Shown: positions 10,520 through 19,595, counted from the stretch's first letter. The stretch is DNA of 64,000 bases from Deltaproteobacteria bacterium (GCA_013151235.1 JAADIO010000019.1:1-64000); one strand, 5' to 3'. Made by a program: numbers and translations. Notes: generated by a model from the letters alone, not told the origin.

Positions 10520-10786
10520 ATGATTCTGTGGGATGATGCGAAAAATCTGAAGCTTCAATTAGAACGGAAAATTTCTTTTGAGGAGATTACCGCAATTATT
10601 TTGAGGAAAGAATATGTTGATATCCTGGAAAACCCATCTTATCCCGAACAGGCAATATTCGTTATCCGGTTTAATGAGTATATATGGGCTGTCCCGTTTC
10701 TGGTTGATCAGGAGGGTGATATTATCTTAAAAACTGCATATCCGAGTCGGAAACTGCAAAAAAGATATGGAGCAAGCCATGAATAG
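10520..10786 (+). CDS. BrnT-like type II toxin
   Basis: WDDAKN..LERKISFEE and IILKTAYPSRK; 88 aa; overlaps the antitoxin gene. Confidence 0.8.
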   Translation: MILWDDAKNLKLQLERKISFEEITAIILRKEYVDILENPSYPEQAIFVIRFNEYIWAVPFLVDQEGDIILKTAYPSRKLQKRYGASHE

Positions 10787-11093
10787 AAAAAAAGTCAGAC
10801 TGGATGAATATGAACGGAAGGTTGAAGACGAGATTTTGCACTATCGGCCTGTTTCTCAGGCGAAAAGAGCAGAAATAGAAAGGTCGCTTGATCAGGCAAA
10901 TGAGAAAAAGAGCATCAGCCTTCGCCTCAGGAAGTACGATTTAGAGAAACTGAAAGAAAGAGCAGAGCAAGAAGGTATTCCCTATCAGACACTACTATCT
11001 GTGATTATACATAAGTTTGTCACGGACCAACTCATAGATAGAAGAAGTCTGATCAAAGGACTGCAACTGTTAAAAAATGGGAATATCGCCTGA
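10779..11093 (+). CDS. CopG/RHH-type antitoxin
   Basis: ISLRLRKYDLEKLKERAEQEGIPYQTLL ribbon-helix-helix; downstream of the toxin. Confidence 0.8.
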   Translation: MNRKKVRLDEYERKVEDEILHYRPVSQAKRAEIERSLDQANEKKSISLRLRKYDLEKLKERAEQEGIPYQTLLSVIIHKFVTDQLIDRRSLIKGLQLLKNGNIA

Positions 11094-11178
11094 CACATTG
11101 CTCCAGCGGGTTGCCTGTTCTCGCTCGTGAAAACCCGCCTTCCGCAAAGTTCGCCAAGCCTGGAAAGAGAAAAAAACA

Positions 11179-12234
11179 TCAGTGCTTGTTGACGACCGCC
11201 TTGACCCGGTCGTAGGCCCTCGGGACATGACAACCCGGTGCGCAACTTCCGCCCGTGTCGGTAATCTTGAAGTTGATCGGGAGGTTCCACTTTCCGAAGG
11301 GGGTGGTCGTCCGGATATGTTTGGGCCCCTTGCTTCCGTGGGGGTCGTGGCAGAAGGTGCAGCGCCGTCCTTTCTTTTTGTGGACGTGGACGTAGTGAAG
11401 ATTTTTTGTGCCGTTCCGGAACCCGGTGACGTCGCCGGCCGCGATCTTTTTCAGGAAAGGTTCTTCGTCATGACACTCGAAGCAGAGGGCATACTTTTTG
11501 ACCGAGAAGGCTGTGTACCGGTCGGAGGGATAGACCCTCTTCAGCATCCGGTAGTTGTTGGATCCGTGCGGGTTATGGCAGGCGGCACAGTCCCCGTCGA
11601 GGAGGATCGGGCCGTGATGTTGGGGGTTATCTTGCAGGAATTTTTCCATGTTCAAGACAAATGAGCCCGACTTCGTGGGACGTTCCACGTTATGGCAAGT
11701 CAGACAGAGGTCCATGATCGGTTCTTTCCGGAGTAGATGCTCATGATCGGAGGCGTGAGGGTTGTGACAGTTTGCACAGCTATCCTTCATCTGGATGGCG
11801 CCGTGCTTTACTTTTGCATTCTCCACATGGTCTTCCATCTCGGAATGGCACATGAAACAGAGATCCGGGAGCGGCTGCAACAGATTCATCTTGTTCTGCG
11901 TGCCGTGGGGGTCGTGGCATCCGGTGCAACCACCCGCTGCGACCGCTCCGTGAACATGCTCCTTCTTTTTGACGGCATCTTCCTTTTCCGTATGGCACCC
12001 GAAGCAGAGTTCATTTCCTTCCGCAACGGTCGTAAAGGTGTCTCCGTTCAGTTCATGGCAGGCCGTGCACTCTCCATCGAGAAAGGGCGGATGTCCCTTT
12101 CCCAACTCTGAGAGCTGTCCCAACTCTTTGTGACACGTAAAGCAAGCCTTGGCTTCGGCATCTTCCATCCCGGCATGTCGGCTTTCCGCCCGGACCGACC
12201 GGGGTAAAAAAAAGAGAAGCAAAATGAGGGCCAT
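11179..12234 (-). CDS. Periplasmic multiheme cytochrome c (paired-CXXCH repeats; 10 CXXCH plus 1 CX3CH)
   Basis: CFTCH, CTACH, CFGCH, CTGCH, CFMCH, CANCH, CLTCH, CAACH, CFECH, CTFCH, CAPGCH; signal peptide MALILLLFFLPRSVRA; start uncertain. Confidence 0.88.
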   Translation of the reverse strand: MALILLLFFLPRSVRAESRHAGMEDAEAKACFTCHKELGQLSELGKGHPPFLDGECTACHELNGDTFTTVAEGNELCFGCHTEKEDAVKKKEHVHGAVAAGGCTGCHDPHGTQNKMNLLQPLPDLCFMCHSEMEDHVENAKVKHGAIQMKDSCANCHNPHASDHEHLLRKEPIMDLCLTCHNVERPTKSGSFVLNMEKFLQDNPQHHGPILLDGDCAACHNPHGSNNYRMLKRVYPSDRYTAFSVKKYALCFECHDEEPFLKKIAAGDVTGFRNGTKNLHYVHVHKKKGRRCTFCHDPHGSKGPKHIRTTTPFGKWNLPINFKITDTGGSCAPGCHVPRAYDRVKAVVNKH

Positions 12235-12274
12235 GAAAAGGCGGGAGTAAACCCCGCGAGGATGAAGAAGGGCC

Positions 12275-12643
12275 TCAGGTATTTTCAGATAAGAGTTCTT
12301 GGACGACACTTCGGACCTCATTGACCATAAAAGGTTTGTTGATGAAGGATAAGACACCGGCCGATCGGGCTTCTTCCTTGTCTAACACGGAGCCATAAGC
12401 CGTCATCATGACGATCTTGGCATCCGGCTGGATCTCCCGCGCCCGGCGGGCGACTTCAATCCCGTTGAATCCCGGCATCACCAGATCAGTGATGATCAAG
12501 TCGAAATGCTCCTGTTCGATCTTTTCCATGGCCTCCGCTCCATTGGCGGCGGAGACCACCTTGCATTCTTTCTGCCCCATCGATTTCTGGATCGACCAGC
12601 GCACCAGTTTTTCGTCGTCGACCACCAGAATCTTTCTGTCCAT
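12275..12643 (-). CDS. Single-domain response regulator
   Basis: ILVVDDE, DLIITDLVMPGFNG, MMTAYG and INKPF motifs. Confidence 0.92.
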   Translation of the reverse strand: MDRKILVVDDEKLVRWSIQKSMGQKECKVVSAANGAEAMEKIEQEHFDLIITDLVMPGFNGIEVARRAREIQPDAKIVMMTAYGSVLDKEEARSAGVLSFINKPFMVNEVRSVVQELLSENT

Positions 12644-12736
12644 ATGGATTGGCCTTTTCCCGGATTCAGTATCAGCAGGTGTCGGGTTTTCGAACTCGTT
12701 TTGTCATGAAACTCATAATCCTGAAATTTTAAATTC

Positions 12737-12752
12737 TGCAATTTAAGTGCCA
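12737..12752 (-). promoter_or_regulatory. Sigma-54 promoter
   Basis: Minus strand TGGCAC-TTAAA-TTGCA, a full consensus match, about 95 bp upstream of the receiver gene. Confidence 0.8.
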
Positions 12753-13182
12753 TTCGAGGGAATGTATTGTGCTCGGACGGGCCGGACCTAAGGATAAGGC
12801 GCGTATGTAATAAAAATAATAGATGATTTTTATAGGCTATTGCAAGAATAATCTTGAGGACCCGGTAAACTTTTTTCCGGAAATCAGGGAGAAATAATGT
12901 GGAGCCGGAGGATGATCCGGATTTTATGACCTTCCGGATCGGGTGATATCACGCAGTAGATGTGTGATCTCCCGATTGTCGAGGCATAAAAGTTCAGAGA
13001 ATTTACCGCAAAGACGCGGAGGGCGCAGAGAAGGACAAGAGCAGAAGGGGCAAAAGCACACAGGCACAAAGTAAAATCAAAGACGAAAGGCGTCCACTGC
13101 AAAGACACCTGTCCGACGGCGGGGGGGAGGGAGGAAAAATGAAAAGAGTACAGGCAATTCGGGAAACATGGGGCGGTTGAAT

Positions 13183-13401
13183 TCAGTCGAGGGGTGAGGC
13201 ATGTTTCAGTTCCACGCACACGGCGTAGGTTCCGTCACTTTCTCACGGGGTTTCTCCGAAACGTTCTTCGATCTTGACTTCAAAACCTTCCCGTTTGCAG
13301 GCAGGGCAGAGACCATCTCCCGCCAGGTAGGACATTTTCAGTGCTTCCGCATCTTCCGGTGTGGTTCGGCGAATGATCGGTTTGTATTTCAAACATTTCA
13401 T
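13183..13401 (-). CDS. Small CxxC protein, candidate selenoprotein (in-frame TGA at 13243-13245)
   Basis: MKCLKYKPIIRRTTPEDAEALKMSYLAGDGLCPACKREGFEVKIEERFGETP[TGA]ESDGTYAVCVELKHASPLD*; GGGGGG RBS, own promoter, SECIS-like hairpin; absent from the ORF track. Confidence 0.55.
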
Positions 13402-13455
13402 AATTGTTCCCCCCTGAATATCTTCAGCTTAGATCGTTTCCCGTAAAACGGACTA

Positions 13456-13485
13456 ATTGTACGGATTGCCGGCAAGTCTTGTCAA
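13456..13485 (-). promoter_or_regulatory. Sigma-70 promoter for the small ORF
   Basis: Minus strand TTGACA-18-TACAAT, about 55 bp upstream of ATG 13401. Confidence 0.65.
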
Positions 13486-13533
13486 GAAAAATCAGATCTT
13501 GATTTTTTTTGTCGCGGAAGGGTAGGATACAAA

Positions 13534-13568
13534 AAACTGGAAATTAGGAATTAGAAATTGGGAACTGC
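13534..13568 (+). repeat. Five degenerate 7-mer tandem repeats (RAAYTRG)
   Basis: AAACTGG AAATTAG GAATTAG AAATTGG GAACTGC. Confidence 0.6.
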
Positions 13569-13725
13569 AATTCTAAAAGCATCTCTCGCAAAGATCGCCA
13601 AGGGCGCAGAGGAGATCCCGGAAGCGGTCATTGGCTCTGCATTTTCTGTATGGGGCGTTGCAGTTCTTGGTGTTCTTCGCGACTTGGTGAGAGAAAAGGC
13701 CGCCCCGGGTAAACGGGAACTGATT

Positions 13726-13758
13726 CCGTTCGCCCTGAGCGGGTCGAAGGGTGAACCG
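13726..13758. repeat. REP-like palindrome
   Basis: GTTCGCCCT-GAGCGGGTCGA-AGGGTGAAC stem-loop, resembling widespread CCTGAGC..GTCGAAGG intergenic elements. Confidence 0.55.
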
Positions 13759-13783
13759 TTCTTGGTTCAACACCACGAACGGG

Positions 13784-15115
13784 ATGATTGACAGGTTGGG
13801 AGACCGTATATTGCAAGCGGAAAAGGCCGGGAAAGTGGCACTCCTCTGGGACGAGTCGTTCCTCTGGGGGATCATGGCGACCCGGGCGCTGAGAAAGATC
13901 GGGGTTCCCTTCGATATAGTAACGGCACGGGAGATTGTAGGGGGGAGGCTCGATCGTTATGGTGTTCTCTTCGTTCCCGGCGGATGGGCCGGGGACAAGA
14001 GCCGTGCCCTGGGTGCGGAGGGGCGGGAGAAGGTCGACCGGTTCGTTCGCAGGGGTGGACGTTTCATCGGTTTCTGCGGGGGGGCGGGTCTTGCCCTTGA
14101 TGTGGAGGAGGGACTCGCCCTGGTGCCGGTCCGCCGAATGCCGACGGCGGAGCGGATCCCGAATTTCAGCGGGAAGATCCGGGTCCGGCCGTCCGATGCC
14201 CAACACCCCCTCTGGCGGAAAATGTCGGCCCCCTATTCCTTTTATGTCTGGTGGCCGGGACAGTTCCTCCTTGATCCGGAGGGGGAGGACCGGGTCCGGG
14301 TCGTGGCGGGATACGGGGAACCGGAGGACGATTTCTACGTGGCCGATCTAAAGGCGGCTGACCTGGCCGCAGCCTCTGAAAGCTGGGAGAGTTGGGAGAC
14401 CTTCTACGGCATCCGGATGAACCCGGCCCGGCTGATGGGGGAGCCGGCCATGCTGGAGGGAGAATACGGCCGGGGGAAGGTCTTTCTCTCTTACCTGCAT
14501 CTCGATACCCCCGACGATCCGGCGGGGTTGCAGGCCTTCTGCAACCTGTTGACCCGGTGGGCCGTGCCGGGGAAGGATCTTCCGGGCCCGCAGGATGAAG
14601 ATCCGCAGGACGTACGCTGGGTCCGGGTCCATCAGGAGGCGCTTCAACTCTTCGATTTGCTGGAACGGAGCGGGGAGGAGCTCTTTGAAATGGGCCGCCG
14701 GAATTATCTCTGGTTCCGGCGTAAACCTTACATGCTCCAGTGGCGCCGGGGGGTTCGGGGGATGGAGTACGGTATTGTAATGATGATGGTCCGGGAGCTG
14801 CGGCAGCGGTTTTACCGTCTTCGGGGTTCCGGCAGGATGTTGAAGGTGCCGGATGGTATGGAGGTCGAGACGGAGTTCGACCGGCTCCGTCCGCTCGCTG
14901 CGGCCTTTTTCCGGCAGGCGGAGCGCCTTCTTCTGCTGGAGCGTTTTGCGATCAGCAAAGGGGCGAAGCTCCACCATCTCCGGACGGATGACCCTGGGAT
15001 CGGCCGGTTACGGGAAGTCCTTTTCTCCGGGAACAGGCGCTTCGGCGGTCTCTTCAAGGAGTTGATCGATTCTCTTGACGGGTTGCTCCTTGCGGCGATG
15101 CGATCGGAGGGATGA
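13784..15115 (+). CDS. BPL_N (class I glutamine amidotransferase-like) domain protein
   Basis: LFVPGGW and GGRFIGFCGGAGLA motifs; start uncertain (13751 or 13784). Confidence 0.7.
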   Translation: MIDRLGDRILQAEKAGKVALLWDESFLWGIMATRALRKIGVPFDIVTAREIVGGRLDRYGVLFVPGGWAGDKSRALGAEGREKVDRFVRRGGRFIGFCGGAGLALDVEEGLALVPVRRMPTAERIPNFSGKIRVRPSDAQHPLWRKMSAPYSFYVWWPGQFLLDPEGEDRVRVVAGYGEPEDDFYVADLKAADLAAASESWESWETFYGIRMNPARLMGEPAMLEGEYGRGKVFLSYLHLDTPDDPAGLQAFCNLLTRWAVPGKDLPGPQDEDPQDVRWVRVHQEALQLFDLLERSGEELFEMGRRNYLWFRRKPYMLQWRRGVRGMEYGIVMMMVRELRQRFYRLRGSGRMLKVPDGMEVETEFDRLRPLAAAFFRQAERLLLLERFAISKGAKLHHLRTDDPGIGRLREVLFSGNRRFGGLFKELIDSLDGLLLAAMRSEG

Positions 15116-15140
15116 AGATGGAAAAACAAGATCAGGGGAG

Positions 15141-15218
15141 TCCCGCTGGAAGCGGGACCGAATGGCGGGGCGTCTTTTCTTTTGGTTCGTTTTCTTTGGA
15201 CGAGCAAAGAAAATGAAC
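15141..15218. repeat. REP-like double hairpin
   Basis: TCCCGC-TGGAA-GCGGGA and GTTCGTTTTCTTTG-GACGAG-CAAAGAAAATGAAC. Confidence 0.55.
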
Positions 15219-15376
15219 GAAAACAATGAGTTAAGTAACTTTGGAAGGATGGAAGGTTATCCTAAGAGCAATTCACGGCTGGGGGTGTGTGGAGAAAAAG
15301 CTAAGGCAGAAAAGAAAGAATGCTTGACAACAATAAACCAGCACACTGAGAACACGGAGAAAAGCAGGGCATGGCA

Positions 15377-15466
15377 AAGTCAAAAGCAATCAACCACGGG
15401 GAACACGGGGGGACACGGGGAAAGGCAAAACCGTTTTTTCGCCAAGCACGCAAGGACCGCAAAGAA
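15377..15466 (+). repeat. Degenerate purine-rich intergenic repeat, copy 2
   Basis: AAGTCAAAAGCAATCAACCACGGGGAACACGGGGGGACACGGGGAAAGGCAA..TCGCCAAGCACGCAAGGACCGCAAAG. Confidence 0.6.
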
Positions 15467-15480
15467 AGGCAACAGTCCAA

Positions 15481-16875
15481 ATGAAAAATCAAGAACACCG
15501 ACCCCGCATCCTGATCTCGGCTCCCCACCGGAGTTCGGGGAAGTCCACGATCTCCATCGGGCTTTCCGCCGCCTTCCGGGAACGGGGGGTGTCGGTGCAG
15601 CCCTTCAAGAAGGGGCCGGACTATATCGATCCCATGTGGCTGACGAGGGCTGCCGGACGGGAGTGCCGGAACCTCGACTTTTTCATGATGGGGGAAGAGT
15701 CGATCCGGCGGACCTTTGCAGCGGCCGGCCGGGATGCCGGCCTCTCTCTCATCGAGGGGAATATGGGGTTTTTCGACGGTCTGGACCTGGAGGGAACCGA
15801 CAGTACGGCGGCTCTTGCCCGTCTCCTGCGGGTTCCGGCGATCCTGGTGGTCAACACCCGGCGGATGACCCGGGGGATTGCGCCCCTCGTCCTGGGGCAC
15901 CAGCAGTTTGAGCCGGGGACCCCTGTGGCCGGGGTGATTCTCAACCGGATCCGGGGCGCCCGCCATGAGAAGAAGTTGCGGGAGGCCCTCGTCCGTTACA
16001 GCGGTATCGAGGTGGTGGGAGCGATTCCCGATGATCAGGGGCTTTTGATCGAGGAGCGTCATCTGGGCCTCACTCCAGTGAAGGAGAATCTTTCTCTGCC
16101 GCCGGTGGTGGAGAAACTTTCCGGGGCCGTGTCCGCCCATGTTGATCTTGACCGTGTCCTGGAGATCGCCCGGTCCGCTCCGGAGATTGCAGGGGAAAAG
16201 GAGGAACCGGATTTTTTCCCCGAGCCGGATGTGCGGATCGGGGTTGCCATGGACCCGGCCTTTACCTTTTATTATCCCGAGAACCTTTCCGCGCTGCGCC
16301 GGGCCGGGGCCGGTCTGGTCCCGTTCAACACGCTGAAGGATCACACACTGCCGGATGTTAATGCCCTTTATATAGGCGGCGGTTTCCCTGAGGTCTTTAT
16401 GGAGGCGCTGGAGAAGAACAGCCTCCTGCGCGGGGCGATTCGGGAGGCGGTTGAAGAAGGTCTCCCGGTCTATGCCGAGTGCGGAGGCTTGATGTACCTG
16501 ACCCGGTCCATCACCTACCGGGGGGAGAAAAGGGCGATGGTGGGGGTGCTTCCCTGTGATGTGGAGATGCACGAACGCCCCATGGGGCATGGCTATGTCA
16601 TTCTGGAGACGACGGGGAAGGCGTCGTGGCTGACTCCCCGGAAGGCGGTCCATGCCCATGAGTTTCATCATTCGAAGGTGGTCAACCTGGGCAAGGTCGA
16701 TTTTGCCTACCGGATGGTCCGAGGACGGGGGGTGGCGGGCAGACTCGACGGGATCCTCCATAAAAATGTCCTGGCTGCCTATACCCATCTCCATGCAGGA
16801 GGTGATCCACGCTGGGCGGTGGAGTTTTGCGCCTTTGTGCGGGAAACAGGGTTTGCCTTGCCGCCGGGGCACTGA
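15481..16875 (+). CDS. dsrN: Cobyrinate a,c-diamide synthase family, probably siroheme amidase DsrN
   Basis: SSGKST, FKKGPDYIDP, ERHLGL, YAECGGLMYL and HEFH motifs; no cob genes nearby and the dsr operon lies about 8 kb away. Confidence 0.75.
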   Translation: MKNQEHRPRILISAPHRSSGKSTISIGLSAAFRERGVSVQPFKKGPDYIDPMWLTRAAGRECRNLDFFMMGEESIRRTFAAAGRDAGLSLIEGNMGFFDGLDLEGTDSTAALARLLRVPAILVVNTRRMTRGIAPLVLGHQQFEPGTPVAGVILNRIRGARHEKKLREALVRYSGIEVVGAIPDDQGLLIEERHLGLTPVKENLSLPPVVEKLSGAVSAHVDLDRVLEIARSAPEIAGEKEEPDFFPEPDVRIGVAMDPAFTFYYPENLSALRRAGAGLVPFNTLKDHTLPDVNALYIGGGFPEVFMEALEKNSLLRGAIREAVEEGLPVYAECGGLMYLTRSITYRGEKRAMVGVLPCDVEMHERPMGHGYVILETTGKASWLTPRKAVHAHEFHHSKVVNLGKVDFAYRMVRGRGVAGRLDGILHKNVLAAYTHLHAGGDPRWAVEFCAFVRETGFALPPGH

Positions 16876-16965
16876 ATTTTCTTGCATGCTTCCGGAAAAA
16901 AGCATAATATTTCCTGAATATTCTAATATGGATGTTGTTTGAACAATTAAGGAGGTCGTACAGCA

Positions 16966-17421
16966 ATGACTGAACAGGCGGAACTGGAAGGTCTGGAATC
17001 TTACAAGGCAAAGATCAATCCCGTGACCAAAGGGACGGTCACCTGGAAAGAGGATCTCATATTCGAGGCGAGGACCCAGGTCGGGTATGATTTCGAATTT
17101 GACGGCAGGGTCCAGTGGGGGTGTGCGCCTACGGAGAGTCTCCTTTTGAGCCTGGGGGGCTGCATGGGAATCGACGTGGCCATGTTTCTCAAGAAGATGC
17201 GTGTGGAGCTGTCTTCCCTGAAGGTTGAACTGACCGGGGAGCGGAACCCGACGCCGCCTCAATATTACAAGAAGATAGATATCACCGTCCGTGCCTCGGG
17301 CGAAGGACTGAACGAAAACAAGATGAAACGGGCGGTAAAGCTCTCTCACGAGAAATACTGTTCCGTCTATCACTCCCTCCGGAAAGACCTGGAGGTAAAT
17401 GTACATTATGTCCTGGAGTAG
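16966..17421 (+). CDS. OsmC/YhfA family protein
   Basis: PTESLLLSLGGCMGIDV and KYCSV cysteine pair. Confidence 0.88.
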   Translation: MTEQAELEGLESYKAKINPVTKGTVTWKEDLIFEARTQVGYDFEFDGRVQWGCAPTESLLLSLGGCMGIDVAMFLKKMRVELSSLKVELTGERNPTPPQYYKKIDITVRASGEGLNENKMKRAVKLSHEKYCSVYHSLRKDLEVNVHYVLE

Positions 17422-17424
17422 AAT

Positions 17425-18012
17425 ATGTTCCGGCTGACTGGTCTCAATCATCTGGCCTTTGCAACGGGCGATATGGACGGGACCATTCATTACTGGCGGG
17501 ACCTCCTCGGGATGCGGCTGGTCGTGGCCATGGGCAAACCGGGATACCGGCAGTATTTCTTCGAGATTTCTCCGAACGACATGGTAACCTTTTTCGAATG
17601 GCCTGATGTGGAGTCCGTCCCGTACAAGCGGCACGGCGATCCGGTGAACGGTCCCTTCATCTTTGATCATGTTTCCTTCGGCGTCGAGAAGGAGGAGGAT
17701 CTCTGGGAATTGATCGATCGGTTGGAGGCGGCGGATTTTCCCGTCTCCGATGTGATCGATCACGGTTTCATCCATTCTATCTATACCTATGACCCGAACG
17801 GTATTCCCCTCGAATTCAGTCACAATGTGGAAGGGGTCGATGTGAGACGGCGCCCCGTCATGGCCGATGAAGCCCCGTCGGAAGTGACCCGTGAGGGGAG
17901 TGAACCGCACCGGACCTTCTGGCCGGAGGTTGTGGAGCCGACGCCGGAAGGGGAACGAATTCTTACGCCGGGAGCGGGAAGTGAGCTCTTCCCCGGGGGA
18001 GAAACCGGTTAA
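17425..18012 (+). CDS. VOC/glyoxalase family protein
   Basis: GLNHLAF, FDHVSF and SIYTYDPNGIPLEF motifs. Confidence 0.88.
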   Translation: MFRLTGLNHLAFATGDMDGTIHYWRDLLGMRLVVAMGKPGYRQYFFEISPNDMVTFFEWPDVESVPYKRHGDPVNGPFIFDHVSFGVEKEEDLWELIDRLEAADFPVSDVIDHGFIHSIYTYDPNGIPLEFSHNVEGVDVRRRPVMADEAPSEVTREGSEPHRTFWPEVVEPTPEGERILTPGAGSELFPGGETG

Positions 18013-18112
18013 GGCGGTACTTTCCTTGACAGTTCGGGGAGTTTCTGTTAGAAATCATAGGGTATGGGTCAACGGTTGATGAGGCAATCCGACCGAATTT
18101 CTGTATAGGGAA

Positions 18113-18559
18113 ATGGATATGAATGTCAAAGAACTGATCAGAGAGGGGAACCACACGATCTACTCCATCGGCAAGGACGGGAGTGTGGCCGAGGCCATTG
18201 AACAGCTGGTGGAACATGAAATCGGTGCGTTGATTGTAACGGACAATGGAAAACCGGTAGGGGTTTTTTCGGAACGGGATGTGCTTACGACCTGGGTCCG
18301 AAAGGGCGACCGGATGTTCCGGGATATCAAGGTCCAGGAGGTGATGACGGGCAACATGATCGTGGTGGAACCGAAAGATGACCTGTGCTACGTGATGAAT
18401 GTCATGGTCAAGAATCGGATTCGTCACCTTCCTGTCGTGGAGGATCATCATCTGGTCGGCGTCCTTTCCATCCGGGATGTGGTGAAGACGCAGGTGACCA
18501 ATCTGCAGGCCGAAAATCATTACCTGAAAGAATATATCACCGACAAATATCCCGGTTAA
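18113..18559 (+). CDS. CBS-pair domain protein
   Basis: IGALIV, GVFSERD, IRHLPVV and GVLSIRD motifs; TTGACA promoter candidate at 18026. Confidence 0.9.
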   Translation: MDMNVKELIREGNHTIYSIGKDGSVAEAIEQLVEHEIGALIVTDNGKPVGVFSERDVLTTWVRKGDRMFRDIKVQEVMTGNMIVVEPKDDLCYVMNVMVKNRIRHLPVVEDHHLVGVLSIRDVVKTQVTNLQAENHYLKEYITDKYPG

Positions 18560-18593
18560 TTTTAACATTCGTTCAACGGGTCGTCCTGCCACT

Positions 18594-19442
18594 GTGAAAA
18601 TCGGAATCATTGTAAAACCCCGCCTTGAGGCAGGGGAGGTTCTGCGGAGTCTCCTGTTCTACCTTCGTCAACGAGACGTGGAGATCTTTCTCGACCCGGA
18701 AACGGCGGGCCTGATCGGAGAGCCCGGATCCTGCCCGAAGTCCGAAATCCCCTCCAGGGTCGATTTGATTGCCGTTCTGGGAGGGGACGGTACCCTCCTG
18801 AGTGTGGCCCGCCTCATCGGCGCCCGGGATGTGCCGATCTTCGGGGTCAATCTCGGCAGTCTCGGCTTCCTGACGGAGGTGACCCTGGATGAACTCTATC
18901 CCACCCTTGATCGTGTGATCGCCGGAGAGGTCGATCTTGATGAGCGGATCATGCTCACAGCCTCCGTCATTCGTGAGGGGGAGAAGATCTCCAGCGATTC
19001 CGTCTTGAACGACATTGTCATCAACAAGAGCGCCCTCGCCAAGATCATCGATCTGGCCGCCTATATTGACGGGAAACATATCGCGAACTTTAAGGCCGAC
19101 GGGCTGATCGTCTCCACTCCCACCGGTTCCACGGCCTACAACCTGGCGGCAGGCGGACCCATCGTTCAGCCCGGCATGCACTCCATCATCATCAACCCCA
19201 TCTGCCCGCATATCCTGACCAACCGTCCCGTGGTCGTGCGGGACGCAAGCGAGATCGAGATTGTCCTTAAATCGGAGAACACGGAGGTGCATCTTACCCT
19301 CGACGGGCAGGTTGGTTTCTCCCTCCGGGGAGAGGATGTCATCCGGATCGTCAAGGCGGATCATACCCTCCGGCTGATCTCCGTGCCGGGGAAGAACTAT
19401 TTTGATGTGCTGCGGACCAAGTTGAAATGGACGGAACGCTGA
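18594..19442 (+). CDS. nadK: NAD+ kinase
   Basis: LGGDGTLL, GVNLGSLGFL, LNDIV and DGLIVSTPTGSTAYNLAAGGP motifs. Confidence 0.95.
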   Translation: MKIGIIVKPRLEAGEVLRSLLFYLRQRDVEIFLDPETAGLIGEPGSCPKSEIPSRVDLIAVLGGDGTLLSVARLIGARDVPIFGVNLGSLGFLTEVTLDELYPTLDRVIAGEVDLDERIMLTASVIREGEKISSDSVLNDIVINKSALAKIIDLAAYIDGKHIANFKADGLIVSTPTGSTAYNLAAGGPIVQPGMHSIIINPICPHILTNRPVVVRDASEIEIVLKSENTEVHLTLDGQVGFSLRGEDVIRIVKADHTLRLISVPGKNYFDVLRTKLKWTER

Positions 19443-19570
19443 TGATCCCGCCGCACATACTTCATCTGCGGTGTTTCTTCGGGTTTTTCGTCACGGCAGC
19501 GTATGATCAATATGCCTCATCCCTCGAAAACCTCGCTCCTTGCATCTGAAGCATGTGCAGTGAAATCATC
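19441..19570. mobile_element. MITE-like 130 bp element with imperfect terminal inverted repeats
   Basis: GATGAT..GCACATACTTCA at the left end vs TGAAGCATGTGC..ATCATC at the right end; fills the nadK-trxB gap. Confidence 0.5.
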
Positions 19571-19595
19571 ATTTTTCTAAAAGGATAATGTTTTT

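Noticed and set aside
12884-13875. Short ORFs 12884-13219, 13201-13446, 13558-13791 and 13573-13875
   Set aside because: They are translations of repeat tracts or antisense to the small ORF, and none has comparable RBS or promoter support
15301-17910. 869 aa minus-strand ORF
   Set aside because: Antisense shadow of dsrN, OsmC and VOC genes; no recognisable motifs
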